Both the position numbers and the translations under genes were made by a program. The notes under the pieces are model-generated. The model was not told the origin of the DNA and did no database searches. It saw nothing but the letters and a program-made list of their open reading frames with translations. Below are positions 53,664 to 63,868 of a stretch of DNA of 64,000 nucleotides, one piece after another (within the stretch, counting starts at the first letter, position 1; each line of letters opens with the position of its first letter). This DNA is from Candidatus Aphodovivens avicola (GTDB taxonomy: Bacteria; Actinomycetota; Coriobacteriia; Coriobacteriales; Eggerthellaceae): assembly GCA_018712515.1 (NCBI GenBank), contig DVGW01000050.1, positions 1,119-65,118 of the forward strand, in the 5' to 3' direction.

Positions 53664-54836
53664 ATGCGATACTTCACAGCGGGTGAAAGCCACGGACAGG
53701 AGCTCACGGCCATCGTCGAGGGCGCGCCGGCGGGCCTGCGCATCTCCGAAGAGCAGATCAACACCGATCTCGCCCGCCGCCAGTCGGGGTACGGTCGCGG
53801 CGGTCGCCAGAAGATCGAGCACGACACCGTGCGCGTGACCTCGGGCATCCGCTTCGGACGCACCATCGGCTCCCCGATCGCGATGGTGGTGCGCAACCGC
53901 GATTGGGAGAACTGGGAGAAGCGCATGGCGCCGTTCGGCGAAGCGCCGCAGGACCTGATCCGCGAGGTGACGCCGCGTCCCGGCCATGCCGACCTGCTCG
54001 GCGTCCTCAAAACCGACACCGATGACTGCCGCAACATCCTCGAACGCGCGAGCGCGCGCGAGACGGCGGCGCGCGTTGCCGCATCGGGCATCCCGCGCGA
54101 GTTCCTGGCGGAGCTGGGCGTCGAGATCCTCTCCTACGTGACCTCCATCGGCGAAGCGTCGATGAAAGAGGACGATCCCATCGCCCAAGCCGCGCAGTAC
54201 GCCCCCCTCGACATCGAGCTGTCCGAGATCCGCTGCCCGGATTCGGGGGCGACGCGCGCGATGAAGCGCGAGATCGACAAGGCGATCGAGAACCGCGACA
54301 GCCTGGGCGGCACGTTCCGCGTCGTGGTGAAGGGGCTCGTCCCCGGCTTGGGCGGCTATGCGACCGGCCGCGACCGCCTCACGTCGCAGCTGGGCGCGGC
54401 GGTGCTTTCCATCCCCGCGATCAAAGGCATCGAGTTCGGGCTGGGCTTCGACGCCGCGCGCCTGCCCGGCTCCAAAGTGCACGACGAGATCGTGCTCGAT
54501 CCCCAGACCGGCTTCACGCGCGCCGGCAACAACGCCGGCGGGCTGGAGGGCGGCATGACGACGGGTCTGCCGTTGGTCATCACGGCGGCGATGAAGCCGA
54601 TCGCGACCCTCATGCAGCCGCTGCGCACGGTCGATCTGGACACGCTCGAGCCCGCCGAGGCGTCCAAGGAGCGCAGCGACGTGTGCGCCGTCCCCGCCGC
54701 GGCCGTCATCGCCGAGGCGGAGGTCGCCTTCGTGCTTGCCGACGCCTATCTGCGCAAGTTCGGCTGCGACAACATGACCGACATCAAAGCCGCACTCAAG
54801 GCGTACAGGCAGCGCCTGCGCACCGCGTCGAGGTAG
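53664..54836 (+). CDS. aroC: Chorismate synthase
   Basis: MRYFTAGESHGQ. Confidence 0.95.
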   Translation: MRYFTAGESHGQELTAIVEGAPAGLRISEEQINTDLARRQSGYGRGGRQKIEHDTVRVTSGIRFGRTIGSPIAMVVRNRDWENWEKRMAPFGEAPQDLIREVTPRPGHADLLGVLKTDTDDCRNILERASARETAARVAASGIPREFLAELGVEILSYVTSIGEASMKEDDPIAQAAQYAPLDIELSEIRCPDSGATRAMKREIDKAIENRDSLGGTFRVVVKGLVPGLGGYATGRDRLTSQLGAAVLSIPAIKGIEFGLGFDAARLPGSKVHDEIVLDPQTGFTRAGNNAGGLEGGMTTGLPLVITAAMKPIATLMQPLRTVDLDTLEPAEASKERSDVCAVPAAAVIAEAEVAFVLADAYLRKFGCDNMTDIKAALKAYRQRLRTASR

Positions 54837-54840
54837 CGCG

Positions 54841-55470
54841 ATGGCGGGCGCGGAGCACAGGGGCGCCTCCTCCGGCGATCGCCGGGGACGCACGCCGCAG
54901 CATGGCGGAGGCCGCCAGCGCAAACCCGAACGGATCCCGTGCGAGCTTGCGCGGCCGGTCTTCTTCGTCGGGTTCATGGGCGCGGGCAAGACGTCGGTGT
55001 CGCGCCGCTTGGCGCGCCTGTGCGGCATCGCCTCCATCGACATGGACTCCTACATCGAACGCCGCGAGGGCAGGCGCATCCGCGACATCTTCGCCGAGGA
55101 CGGCGAGGGGCGCTTCCGCGACCTGGAGACGCAGGTGCTGCGCGAGATGACGCAGGGCGACCCCGCGCTGGTGTCGTGCGGCGGCGGCGTGGTGCTGCGG
55201 CCCGAGAACCGCGCGATCCTGCGCGAGGGAGGCTTCGTCGTGTTCTTGAAGGTCGGCGCCGACGAGGCGAAATCCCGCATCAGCGATCCGTCGACCCGTC
55301 CGCTTCTGGGCGATGCGGAGGCGGCGCGCAAGACCAACGCGGAGAGGCTGCCGCTCTACGAGGAGGTCGCCGACGCCACCGTCGACACGTCGGGCAGGGG
55401 CGTCACGGCGCTTGCCTACAAGGTCAAATCCATCTTGGAGAAGGAGGGCATCCTGTGGCCACGAAAGTGA
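54841..55470 (+). CDS. aroK: Shikimate kinase
   Basis: GFMGAGKTSV. It carries a ~38-aa N-terminal extension, and no canonical alternative start is visible. Confidence 0.85.
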   Translation: MAGAEHRGASSGDRRGRTPQHGGGRQRKPERIPCELARPVFFVGFMGAGKTSVSRRLARLCGIASIDMDSYIERREGRRIRDIFAEDGEGRFRDLETQVLREMTQGDPALVSCGGGVVLRPENRAILREGGFVVFLKVGADEAKSRISDPSTRPLLGDAEAARKTNAERLPLYEEVADATVDTSGRGVTALAYKVKSILEKEGILWPRK

Positions 55471-56561
55471 TGGTCAACATCCCCGACGAGCGCCCCTACG
55501 CGGTGCGGATCGGCGCGGGCATCCTCGCGGGATCGGGCTCCCACGTCAAGCAGGCATGCGGTATCGAGGGCGCGGGCCGCGCGCTCATCGTCACCGACTC
55601 CAACGTCGCGCCGCTCTACCGCGACGCCGCGCGCGCCTCGCTCGCGGAGGCGGGCATGCGCGTGAGCGACATCGTCGTCCCCGCCGGTGAAGAGACCAAA
55701 TCCCTCGAAGTGCTCGGCGAGATCTGGGAGGCGATGGCTCAGCTCGGGCTGGGACGCGATTGCGTCGTGGTCGCTCTGGGCGGCGGCGTCGTCGGCGATC
55801 TCGCGGGCTTCGCCGGCGCCACCTACATGCGCGGCGTCAAGGTGGTGCAGGTGCCCACCACGCTGCTCGCGATGGTCGACTCGTCGGTGGGCGGCAAGAC
55901 GGCGATCAACCTGGAGGCGGGGAAGAACCTGGTGGGCGCGTTCAAGCAGCCCTCCTACGTCTGCGCCGACACCGACACGCTCGCGACGCTTCCCGAGCGC
56001 GAGTGGCGCTGCGGATGCGCCGAGGTCGCCAAATCGGCGGTCATCGACTCGGACGAGTTCTTCTTCTGGATGGCCGACCATGCCGTCGCCATCGCCGCGC
56101 GCGAGGCCGAGGCGGTCTCCGAGGCGATCGCGCGCTGCGTCGTGTTCAAGGCCGACGTCGTCGCGATGGACAAGACCGAGAGCAAGGGCGTGCGCGAATG
56201 CCTCAACTACGGCCACACGCTGGGCCATGCCGTCGAGAAGCTGGCCGGATACGGCACGTTCACGCACGGCGAGGGCGTCGCCGAGGGCATGCGCTTCGCG
56301 GCGCGGATGGCGATCGACCTGGTGGGGGCCGCCCCCGAGTTCGTCGAGGCGCAGAACGAACTGCTGGATGCGCTCGGGTTGCCGCCGTTGGCGTGGTCGG
56401 CCGAGCCCGAGGCGCTGCTGGATGCGATGAAACGCGACAAGAAGGCGCGCGGCGGTCATGTGCGGTTCGTGCTGCCGCGGGATGTGGGGGAGTGGGAGCT
56501 CGTCGAGGTTGACGATGCGACCATTCTTTCGCATCTGCGGACGTGGGTTGAGGGGAAATAG
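55455..56561 (+). CDS. aroB: 3-dehydroquinate synthase
   Basis: GTG 55455 (RBS AAGGAGGG, 6-nt spacer). ATG 55470 is an alternative start. GGGVVGDLAGFAGATYMRG. Confidence 0.9.
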   Translation: MATKVMVNIPDERPYAVRIGAGILAGSGSHVKQACGIEGAGRALIVTDSNVAPLYRDAARASLAEAGMRVSDIVVPAGEETKSLEVLGEIWEAMAQLGLGRDCVVVALGGGVVGDLAGFAGATYMRGVKVVQVPTTLLAMVDSSVGGKTAINLEAGKNLVGAFKQPSYVCADTDTLATLPEREWRCGCAEVAKSAVIDSDEFFFWMADHAVAIAAREAEAVSEAIARCVVFKADVVAMDKTESKGVRECLNYGHTLGHAVEKLAGYGTFTHGEGVAEGMRFAARMAIDLVGAAPEFVEAQNELLDALGLPPLAWSAEPEALLDAMKRDKKARGGHVRFVLPRDVGEWELVEVDDATILSHLRTWVEGK

Positions 56562-56574
56562 CTCCTCAAAATGG

Positions 56575-56707
56575 GGGACGGCGAGGTCGAGGCGCGAGGC
56601 ACGTGCTCAAACAGGTCCTCGCGCTCTGAATAACGCGATCTTCGATCCCGTTCAAGGCGCTGCGGATACTGCGCGCGAGCCCCGCGCCTCGACCTCGCCT
56701 CTCCGTC
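56575..56707. repeat. Long-hairpin intergenic element, copy F (divergent)
   Basis: GGGACGGCGAGGTCGAGGCGCGAGG ... CCCGCGCCTCGACCTCGCCTCTCCGTC. Followed by a perfect 10-bp hairpin GATCGCTCCG-tcagaat-CGGAGCGATC (56715-56741). Confidence 0.6.
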
Positions 56708-56756
56708 GTCGGTCGATCGCTCCGTCAGAATCGGAGCGATCTGAAAGAAGGTTTGG

Positions 56757-57194
56757 ATGAGGAAGTATCTTTTGCTGAACGGGCCCAACCTCGACATGTT
56801 GGGGGTGCGGGAGCCGGAGATCTATGGGCGGGACACGCTCGATACGATCGAGGCGGAGGTCGTCGCCTACGGCGCCGAGCGCGGGGTGCAGGTCGACTGC
56901 TTCCAGTCGAACCACGAAGGCGTGCTCATCGACAAGATCCACGAGGCGCATTGGCGCTACGACGGCATCGTCTACAATCCCGGCGCCCATACGCATTATT
57001 CGTACGCGCTGCGCGATGCGGTCGGCTCCATCGACACGCCGGTGGTCGAGGTGCATCTGTCCGACATCAACGCACGCGAGCCCTTCCGCGCCGTCTCGGT
57101 GATCGAGCCGGTGTGCATCGCCCAGATCAAGGGCAAGGGCAAGGAAGGCTACAAGGAGGCGCTGGATGTCCTGCTCGAGTGGGAGAATCGCTAG
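56757..57194 (+). CDS. aroQ: Type II 3-dehydroquinate dehydratase
   Basis: LLLNGPNLDMLGVREPEIYG. Confidence 0.95.
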   Translation: MRKYLLLNGPNLDMLGVREPEIYGRDTLDTIEAEVVAYGAERGVQVDCFQSNHEGVLIDKIHEAHWRYDGIVYNPGAHTHYSYALRDAVGSIDTPVVEVHLSDINAREPFRAVSVIEPVCIAQIKGKGKEGYKEALDVLLEWENR

Positions 57195-58272
57195 GCTGCG
57201 CGCCGTCTGCGCCGAGGCGGGCATCGACGCCTTCCTCGTCCGCGACACTTCCGGTATCCGGTGGCTCACGGGATTCGACGGCGTGTTCGACGAGGAGCGC
57301 GCGCATGCGCTGCTGCTGACGCGCGATGGCGCCGTTCTCCATACCGATTCGCGTTATGCCGAGGCGATGCGTCGCGCCGCGCATGCGCTCGGCGATGAGG
57401 TGGCGGTCGACGATGGGCGCGTCGCGCACGCGAAGTTCGCGGCTGCGGCGTGCGGGACGGTCGACGTCCTGGGCATCGAGGACGACATGCCGCTGCGCGA
57501 GTTCCGGGCGCTCGAAGGGGCGCTTGGCGAAGCGGGCGCGCGGGCATCGCTGCGCGAGACGGACGGCGTCGTCCAGAGGCTGCGCGCGGTGAAGGACGCC
57601 GACGAGGTCGCCCGCATGCGCGCCGCCCAGACGGTCGCCGACGCCGCGTTCGCGCACATCGTCGGGTTCATGCGTCCCAGCATGACCGAGCGCGAGGTTC
57701 AGATCGAGCTCGATGACTACATGCGCCGCCATGGCGCCGACGACCTCGCGTTTCCCACCATCATGGCGACCGGCGCCAACGGGGCGAGCCCGCATGCCGT
57801 TCCCGGCGACGCCGTCTTGGAGGCGGGGCAGTGCGTGGTGATGGATTTCGGCGCGCGGGCGCGGGGGTATTGCTCCGACATGACGCGCACCGTGTTCCTC
57901 GGCGAGCCGAGCTCGCGCATGCGCGACGCCTACGAGGCGATTCGCCAGGCGAACGAGCAGGTCGAGGCGCTGCTGCGTCCCGGCGTCACGGGCAGGCAGG
58001 CCCACGAGCTCGCCGAGAAGGTGCTTGCCGACCACGGGTTCGCCGGCAAGATGGGCCACGCGCTCGGCCATGGCGTGGGCATCGACATCCACGAGGAGCC
58101 GGTGCTGGCGCCGCGCAACGAGGAGCCGCTCGTCGAAGGCAACGTCGTGACCGTGGAGCCGGGCGTCTACTGCGCGGGGGAGTTCGGGATGCGGTTGGAG
58201 GATTTCGGGGTGGTTGCCGCCGACGGGTTCGACGTCTTCACGAAATCCACGCATGAGATGGTTATACTGTAA
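57166..58272 (+). CDS. Xaa-Pro aminopeptidase (M24 family)
   Basis: HGVGIDIHEEP and the metal ligands D/D/H/E/E. Confidence 0.85.
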   Translation: MSCSSGRIARLRAVCAEAGIDAFLVRDTSGIRWLTGFDGVFDEERAHALLLTRDGAVLHTDSRYAEAMRRAAHALGDEVAVDDGRVAHAKFAAAACGTVDVLGIEDDMPLREFRALEGALGEAGARASLRETDGVVQRLRAVKDADEVARMRAAQTVADAAFAHIVGFMRPSMTEREVQIELDDYMRRHGADDLAFPTIMATGANGASPHAVPGDAVLEAGQCVVMDFGARARGYCSDMTRTVFLGEPSSRMRDAYEAIRQANEQVEALLRPGVTGRQAHELAEKVLADHGFAGKMGHALGHGVGIDIHEEPVLAPRNEEPLVEGNVVTVEPGVYCAGEFGMRLEDFGVVAADGFDVFTKSTHEMVIL

Positions 58273-58332
58273 CGGTTTGGCACGAGATCGGGGGCGAGGG
58301 GTGCCCCCGGTGGTTTGAAAGGAAACGCAAGC

Positions 58333-58893
58333 ATGGCAATCTCCACCGCCGACTTCAAGAACGGCATGTGCATCGATTACAACAACAAGCTGTGGACCAT
58401 CGTCGAGTTCCAGCATGTGAAGCCCGGCAAGGGCGGTGCGTTCGTCCGCACCAAGCTCAAGGACATCCGTTCCGGCCGCGTGGTCGACTACACCTTCAAC
58501 TCCGGCACCAAGTTCGACTCCGTGCGCCTGGAGACCAAGAAGCTGCAGTACCTGTACAACGACGGCGCCGATTTCTGGCTGATGGACAACGACACCTACG
58601 AGCAGATCTCCGTTCCCGCCGAGACCGTCGGCGACGCCGCCAAGTGGCTCAAGGAGAATGACGAGGCCACGCTGCTGTACGCCGGCGAGGAGCTGATCAG
58701 CATCGAGCCCCAGATGTTCGTCGAGCTGGAGGTCACCGAGACCGAGCCCGGCTTCAAGGGCGACACCGCCACCAACACCACCAAGCCCGCCACCCTCGAG
58801 ACCGGCACCACCATCCAGGTGCCCACTTACGTTGCGATCGGCGACGTCCTGCAGATCGACACCCGCGACGGCCACTTCGTCAAGCGCGTGTAG
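58333..58893 (+). CDS. efp: Elongation factor P
   Basis: Trimmed to ATG 58333. KPGKGGAFVRTKLK. Confidence 0.95.
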   Translation: MAISTADFKNGMCIDYNNKLWTIVEFQHVKPGKGGAFVRTKLKDIRSGRVVDYTFNSGTKFDSVRLETKKLQYLYNDGADFWLMDNDTYEQISVPAETVGDAAKWLKENDEATLLYAGEELISIEPQMFVELEVTETEPGFKGDTATNTTKPATLETGTTIQVPTYVAIGDVLQIDTRDGHFVKRV

Positions 58894-58937
58894 AAAGCGC
58901 GATCGCGTATCGGCGGCGTCGACTGCCGAACGTTGCG

Positions 58938-58985
58938 AAGCCCCGTTCCCGAGCGTGATGAAGCTCGCGAACGGGGCTTTTTTGC
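58938..58985 (+). terminator. Intrinsic terminator after efp
   Basis: AAGCCCCGTTC...GAACGGGGCTT followed by TTTTTG. Confidence 0.7.
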
Positions 58986-59382
58986 TGCCCGCGCGCGTTT
59001 TGACGCCCGTTGATCCAAAAGAAGGGGATTTTGCGTAGGTGAAAGGGTTGGAAGCTCCAGAAAAAGCTTGCGTTTGCGGCTTCCTCCGGGTTTCCATCTG
59101 AGGCCATGCGCGATCGCAAGGCGGCCGACGCCCTCGCTGACCGCTCGAACCTGCGCATTATCGCCGAAAACTGGATCGCCCGCCGCAAAATCGCGTCCGA
59201 GGGCCTCTCCACACACGTTTTGTCGCTCCTCGGCATGCGGGACAGCGTTTTGAACCTCCCGGCGCGTCTTTGTGTCCCTTGTCCGTGGATTCGGGGTGTG
59301 CGGGCGCCGAAAGGCCCTGCGTTCACCTATAATTTTGATTTCGATCTTTGACTATTCTTGAAACCGAAGGGGGTGTGAGTTC

Positions 59383-61281
59383 ATGCCAAGGCTTCAGATC
59401 ATGGATACGACCATCCGTGACGGCCAGCAGAGCCTGTGGGCCACGCGCATGCAGATCGGCGACATGCTTCCCATTCTGCCGAAGATGGACCGCGTCGGGT
59501 ATTGGGCTATCGAGGCCTGGGGCGGTGCCACGTTCGACACCTGCCTGCGCTTCCTCGACGAGAATCCGTGGGAACGCCTGCGCTCGATCAAGGCGCAGAC
59601 GCCCAACACGCCGCTCGCCATGCTTTCGCGCGGCCAGAACCTTGTCGGCTACAAACATTACTCACGCGAGATCTGCAACCGCTTCATCAAGGCCGCCAAG
59701 CGCAACGGCGTGCATGTCTTCCGCGTGTTCGACGCGCTCAACGACATCCGCAACGTCATCGACAACGCCGAGGCCATCAAGGAATGCGGCGGCCACTTCG
59801 AGGGCGCCATCTCCTACACGATCTCGCCGGTGCACACCCTCGACAGCTTCCTGGACTACGGCCAGCAGCTCAAGGACCTGGGTGCCGACTCCATCGCCAT
59901 CAAGGACATGGCAGGCATGCTGACGCCGTACCGCACCGAGCGCCTGGTCAAGGCGTTCAACGCCGAGATCGGCCTGCCGCTGCACATCCACTGCCACTAC
60001 GTCGGCGGCATGGCTCCTGCCAACATCATCAAGGCCGCCGAGGCGGGCGCCGCGATCGCCGACACGGCATCCGCGCCGCTGGCGTTCGGCAACTCCCAGC
60101 CCGCGGTCGAGATGGTCGTCGCCGCGCTGCAGGAGAGCAGCTACGACACCGGCCTCGACCTCGATCTGTTGTTTGAGATCGCCGAGTACTGGGAGGAAGT
60201 GCGCAAGCGCGGCCACTACAAGCGCGGCGTCTCCTCGCTCATCCACATGCAGGTGTACTCGCATCAGGTCCCGGGCGGCATGATGAGTAACCTGGTCGCC
60301 CAGCTCGAGGGTCAAAACGCTGCCGACCGCCTGCCCGAGGTCATGGCGGAGATCCCCAAGGTCCGCGCCGAGGTCGGCTATCCGCCGCTGGTCACGCCGA
60401 TGTCCCAGATCGTGGGCACCCAGGCCGTGTTCAACGTGCTCACCGGCAAGCGCTGGAGCATCGTCTCCAAGGAGATGAAGGACTACATCTGCGGCTACTA
60501 CGGCAAGGCGCCGGGCCGCATGGACAAGGACGTGGTCGCCAAGGTCGTGGGCAACAGCCAGATCCTGCCGCCCGACGTGGCGCCCGGCTCGCTTGTCACC
60601 ACCACCTTCGACGAGGTGGCCGAGGAGATCGGGGATCTGGCCAAGAGCGAAGAGGACGTGCTGATGTACGCGCTCTTCCCCAACGAGGCCCGCACCTATT
60701 TGAGCAAGCATCGCACATCCGAGAAGGTGGACTTCCTGTTGGAGCAGGAGTCCAGCCAAGCCAAGGAGGACGATTACGTGGACATCAATCAGATTCGCGA
60801 ACTGGTTCGCGTCGCCGAGGAAAGCGGCGTCGGCGAGATCGTAGTTGAAGAGGAGGGAATGCGCATCGCCGTGCGCATGCCCGGTTCGATGCCGGTCCAG
60901 GCAGCGCCCGTCGCCGCCGCTCCCGCAGCCGCCGCTCCGGTGGCAGCCGCCGCGCCGGTGGAGCAGGCTCCCGCTGCCGCGCCCGCCGATGACAAGTCCC
61001 GCCCGTCCACGTGGCACTGCGTGACGGCTCCGATGGTGGGCACGTTCTACACGTCCCCCGCTCCCGGCGAGCCGCCGTTCGTCAAGGTGGGCGACGAGGT
61101 GACCGCCAGCCAGACGCTGTGCATCATCGAGGCCATGAAGCTGATGAACGAGATCACCGCCGAGCAGATGGGCACCATCCGCGAGGTCTGCCTCGAGGAC
61201 GCCACGCCCGTCGAGTTCGGCACCCCGCTGTTCTACATCGAGCCCAGCAGCGTTCCCGGTTCGGCTCCGGAGACGGCATGA
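59383..61281 (+). CDS. Pyruvate carboxylase subunit B type (5S carboxyltransferase plus C-terminal biotinyl domain)
   Basis: [13 protein letters not shown]-terminal [11 protein letters not shown] biotinylation motif. Confidence 0.85.
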   Translation: MPRLQIMDTTIRDGQQSLWATRMQIGDMLPILPKMDRVGYWAIEAWGGATFDTCLRFLDENPWERLRSIKAQTPNTPLAMLSRGQNLVGYKHYSREICNRFIKAAKRNGVHVFRVFDALNDIRNVIDNAEAIKECGGHFEGAISYTISPVHTLDSFLDYGQQLKDLGADSIAIKDMAGMLTPYRTERLVKAFNAEIGLPLHIHCHYVGGMAPANIIKAAEAGAAIADTASAPLAFGNSQPAVEMVVAALQESSYDTGLDLDLLFEIAEYWEEVRKRGHYKRGVSSLIHMQVYSHQVPGGMMSNLVAQLEGQNAADRLPEVMAEIPKVRAEVGYPPLVTPMSQIVGTQAVFNVLTGKRWSIVSKEMKDYICGYYGKAPGRMDKDVVAKVVGNSQILPPDVAPGSLVTTTFDEVAEEIGDLAKSEEDVLMYALFPNEARTYLSKHRTSEKVDFLLEQESSQAKEDDYVDINQIRELVRVAEESGVGEIVVEEEGMRIAVRMPGSMPVQAAPVAAAPAAAAPVAAAAPVEQAPAAAPADDKSRPSTWHCVTAPMVGTFYTSPAPGEPPFVKVGDEVTASQTLCIIEAMKLMNEITAEQMGTIREVCLEDATPVEFGTPLFYIEPSSVPGSAPETA

Positions 61282-62633
61282 TGTTCGACAAGATCCTAGT
61301 GGCCAATCGCGGCGAGGTCGCGCTGCGCGTGATGCGCGCGGCGCGCGAGCTGGGTGTGAAAACCGTCGCCGTGTACTCCACCGAGGATGCCGACACCTAT
61401 CCGGTGCGCTACGCCGACGAGGCGGTGTGCATCGGGCCTGCCCAGGCGAATAAGAGCTACCTGGTGATCCCCAGCATCATCGCGGCCGCCAAAAACACCG
61501 GCGCCCAGGCGATCCATCCCGGCTACGGCTTCTTGGCCGAGAACGCCGACTTCGCCCGCGCCTGCATCGACAACGACATCGTGTTCATCGGCCCCTCGCC
61601 CGAGTGCATCGACCGCATGGGCGACAAGTCCGCCGCGCGCGAGACCATGAAGGCCTGCGGCGTGCCCACCGTGCCCGGCTCCGACGGCTGCATCGACACC
61701 GTCGAGGAGGCGCGCGCCTTCGCCGAGAACGTGGGCTTCCCCGTGCTCATCAAGGCGACTGCCGGCGGCGGCGGCAAGGGCATGCGCGAGGTGCACGACC
61801 CCGCCGAGCTCGAGTCGCAGTACCTGGCCGCCCGCGCCGAGGCGGGCGCCGCGTTCGGCAACGACGGCGTCTACCTGGAGAAGCTCGTGCTCCGTCCGCG
61901 CCACGTCGAGGTCCAGGTGCTCGCCGACGACCACGGCAACCATATCTCGCTGTGCGAGCGCGACTGCTCGGTGCAGCGCCGCCATCAGAAGCTCATCGAG
62001 GAGGCCCCCTCGCCGGCGTTGACCGACGAGCTGCGCCGTGCGATGGGCGTCGCCGCCATCAAGGCGGTGCGTGCGGTCGACTACCGCAACGCGGGCACCA
62101 TCGAGTTCCTCTTGGACGAGAGCGGCAAGTTCTACTTCATGGAGATGAACACGCGCGTCCAGGTGGAGCATCCGGTCTCCGAGCAGATCACCGGCGTGGA
62201 CATCATCAAGGAGCAGCTGCGCATCGCCGCCGGCGAGCCGATGAGCTGCGCCTCGCGCGCGCCGTTCGCGCCGTTCGGCCACGCGATGGAGTTCCGCATC
62301 AACGCCGAGGATCCCGACCACGGCTTCCGTCCGTGCCCGGGCACCATCACGCGCTTCGAGCCCCCCGCGGGCCCGGGCGTGCGCGTCGAGAGCTACGTGC
62401 GCACCGGCTCGCGCATCTCGCCGTACTACGACTCGATGGTCGCCAAGCTGATCGTCTACGGCCAGGATCGCGAGGAGGTGCTGGCCCGCGGGCGTCGCGC
62501 GCTGGACGAGTTCGTCATCGAGGGCATCGCTACCACGCTGCCGTTCCATCGCCGCGTGCTGGACAACCAGGTGTTCTGCGAAGGCAAGGCGTGCACCGAC
62601 TTCATCGAAACCCAGATGGGAGATTTGCTATGA
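61278..62633 (+). CDS. accC: Biotin carboxylase (pyruvate carboxylase subunit A / AccC type)
   Basis: ATG 61278 overlaps the upstream stop. [13 protein letters not shown] and the ATP-grasp motifs. Confidence 0.9.
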   Translation: MMFDKILVANRGEVALRVMRAARELGVKTVAVYSTEDADTYPVRYADEAVCIGPAQANKSYLVIPSIIAAAKNTGAQAIHPGYGFLAENADFARACIDNDIVFIGPSPECIDRMGDKSAARETMKACGVPTVPGSDGCIDTVEEARAFAENVGFPVLIKATAGGGGKGMREVHDPAELESQYLAARAEAGAAFGNDGVYLEKLVLRPRHVEVQVLADDHGNHISLCERDCSVQRRHQKLIEEAPSPALTDELRRAMGVAAIKAVRAVDYRNAGTIEFLLDESGKFYFMEMNTRVQVEHPVSEQITGVDIIKEQLRIAAGEPMSCASRAPFAPFGHAMEFRINAEDPDHGFRPCPGTITRFEPPAGPGVRVESYVRTGSRISPYYDSMVAKLIVYGQDREEVLARGRRALDEFVIEGIATTLPFHRRVLDNQVFCEGKACTDFIETQMGDLL

Positions 62634-62980
62634 GCGAATTGAACCTTGAAGGCATGGCCATCGCCCCCGGCGTCGTGGAGACCATCGTCTCCATCGCCGT
62701 GCGCGAGGTGGAAGGCGTCGCGGCGGTCGGCTCCGCTGCGACCAAGGGCAACCTGCGCTCCATGCTGGGCGGCAAGCCGTCCACCCAGGGCATCGAGCTC
62801 GAGGTGGACGAGGGCAGCAAGCTCAAGGTCGCCGCGCATGTCGACGTGTACTTCGGACAGGTCCTGCCCGAAGTCGCCGATCGCGTGCGCACCGCCATCG
62901 CGGACGCCGTGGCGAGCCAGGTGGGCGTGGAAGTGTCGTCCGTCGACGTTTACGTCGACGGCATCCAGTTCGCCGAGTAG
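62630..62980 (+). CDS. Asp23/Gls24 family envelope stress protein
   Basis: 116 aa. [20 protein letters not shown]. Confidence 0.85.
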   Translation: MSELNLEGMAIAPGVVETIVSIAVREVEGVAAVGSAATKGNLRSMLGGKPSTQGIELEVDEGSKLKVAAHVDVYFGQVLPEVADRVRTAIADAVASQVGVEVSSVDVYVDGIQFAE

Positions 62981-62982
62981 CC

Positions 62983-63537
62983 ATGGCTGCCAAACGACAT
63001 CAGCGCACGGCCGCGCGCCGTGCTGCGCTCGCGTTGCTGTACACGAGCGAGATAACCGAAGAATACGCCACGACCATCGCGGACGAGGGGCGCGCGCTCG
63101 AAGAGGCGGGCCCTTTGACCGACTACGCCAAGCAGCTCGTCCGCGGCGTGGAGTCCCATATCGCCGCCATCGACAAGGAGATCGCCGCCACGGCCGAGAA
63201 CTGGTCGGTGCACCGCATGCCCATCGTCGACCGTTCCATCCTGCGCCTTGCGGTGTACGAGATGATGTTCGTCGACGAGGTGCCCGCCTCCGTGTGCATC
63301 AACGAGGCGATCGAGCTCGCCAAGGATTTCGGCGGCGAGGACGAGTCCCCGCGCTTCGTCAACGGCGTGCTCGGCCGCATCGCCCGCCGTCTCGAGGGTT
63401 CCGACGAGCCGTCCGGCGAGGACGTGGCGGTTGATTCCGCCGAGGCGGCCGGTGACGCCGCGTCGGAGGATGCCAAGGCGGCATCCGCATCCGACCAGGT
63501 CGCCGATGCCGGGAAGGACGCGGTCAGTGGCATCTAA
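62983..63537 (+). CDS. nusB: Transcription antitermination factor NusB (with an acidic C-terminal extension)
   Basis: DRSILRLAVYEMMF...INEAIELAK.F.....RFVNGVLG. Confidence 0.9.
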   Translation: MAAKRHQRTAARRAALALLYTSEITEEYATTIADEGRALEEAGPLTDYAKQLVRGVESHIAAIDKEIAATAENWSVHRMPIVDRSILRLAVYEMMFVDEVPASVCINEAIELAKDFGGEDESPRFVNGVLGRIARRLEGSDEPSGEDVAVDSAEAAGDAASEDAKAASASDQVADAGKDAVSGI

Positions 63538-63856
63538 AGACTACGATACGTTCGAGGCGGTGCAAAGCCGCCTCGACGAGATCGTCGAGGCCGTGGGCGA
63601 TGAGAGCCTGCCGCTCGACGACGCGCTGGCGCTGTACGAGGAGGCGGTGAACCTCGGCCTGCGCGGCAGCGATCTGCTGGAGGAGAATATCGAGGCGTTC
63701 GACGCGCAGCAGGCGGCGGAAGCCGTCGAGGACGACCGGCGCGCCGATGCGTCAGCTGACGTCGAGCCCGATGCCGCCGAAGGGCGGTCCGACGATTCCT
63801 CCGCCCAGGAGTCCGCCGGCGCGGACGCGAGCCCGCTTGCGAACGAGATTCGATGA
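63527..63856 (+). CDS. xseB: Exodeoxyribonuclease VII small subunit
   Basis: GTG 63527. FEAVQSRLDEIVEAVGDESLPLDDALALYEEAVNL. Confidence 0.8.
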   Translation: MASKDYDTFEAVQSRLDEIVEAVGDESLPLDDALALYEEAVNLGLRGSDLLEENIEAFDAQQAAEAVEDDRRADASADVEPDAAEGRSDDSSAQESAGADASPLANEIR

Positions 63857-63868
63857 AACGGAGGCGTC

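Noticed and set aside
59106-59351. An 81-aa plus-strand ORF in the efp-pyruvate carboxylase spacer.
   Set aside because: It has no RBS and no family resemblance, and it ends inside the likely promoter region (TATAAT at about 59328-59333) of the carboxylase operon. It is probably non-coding.
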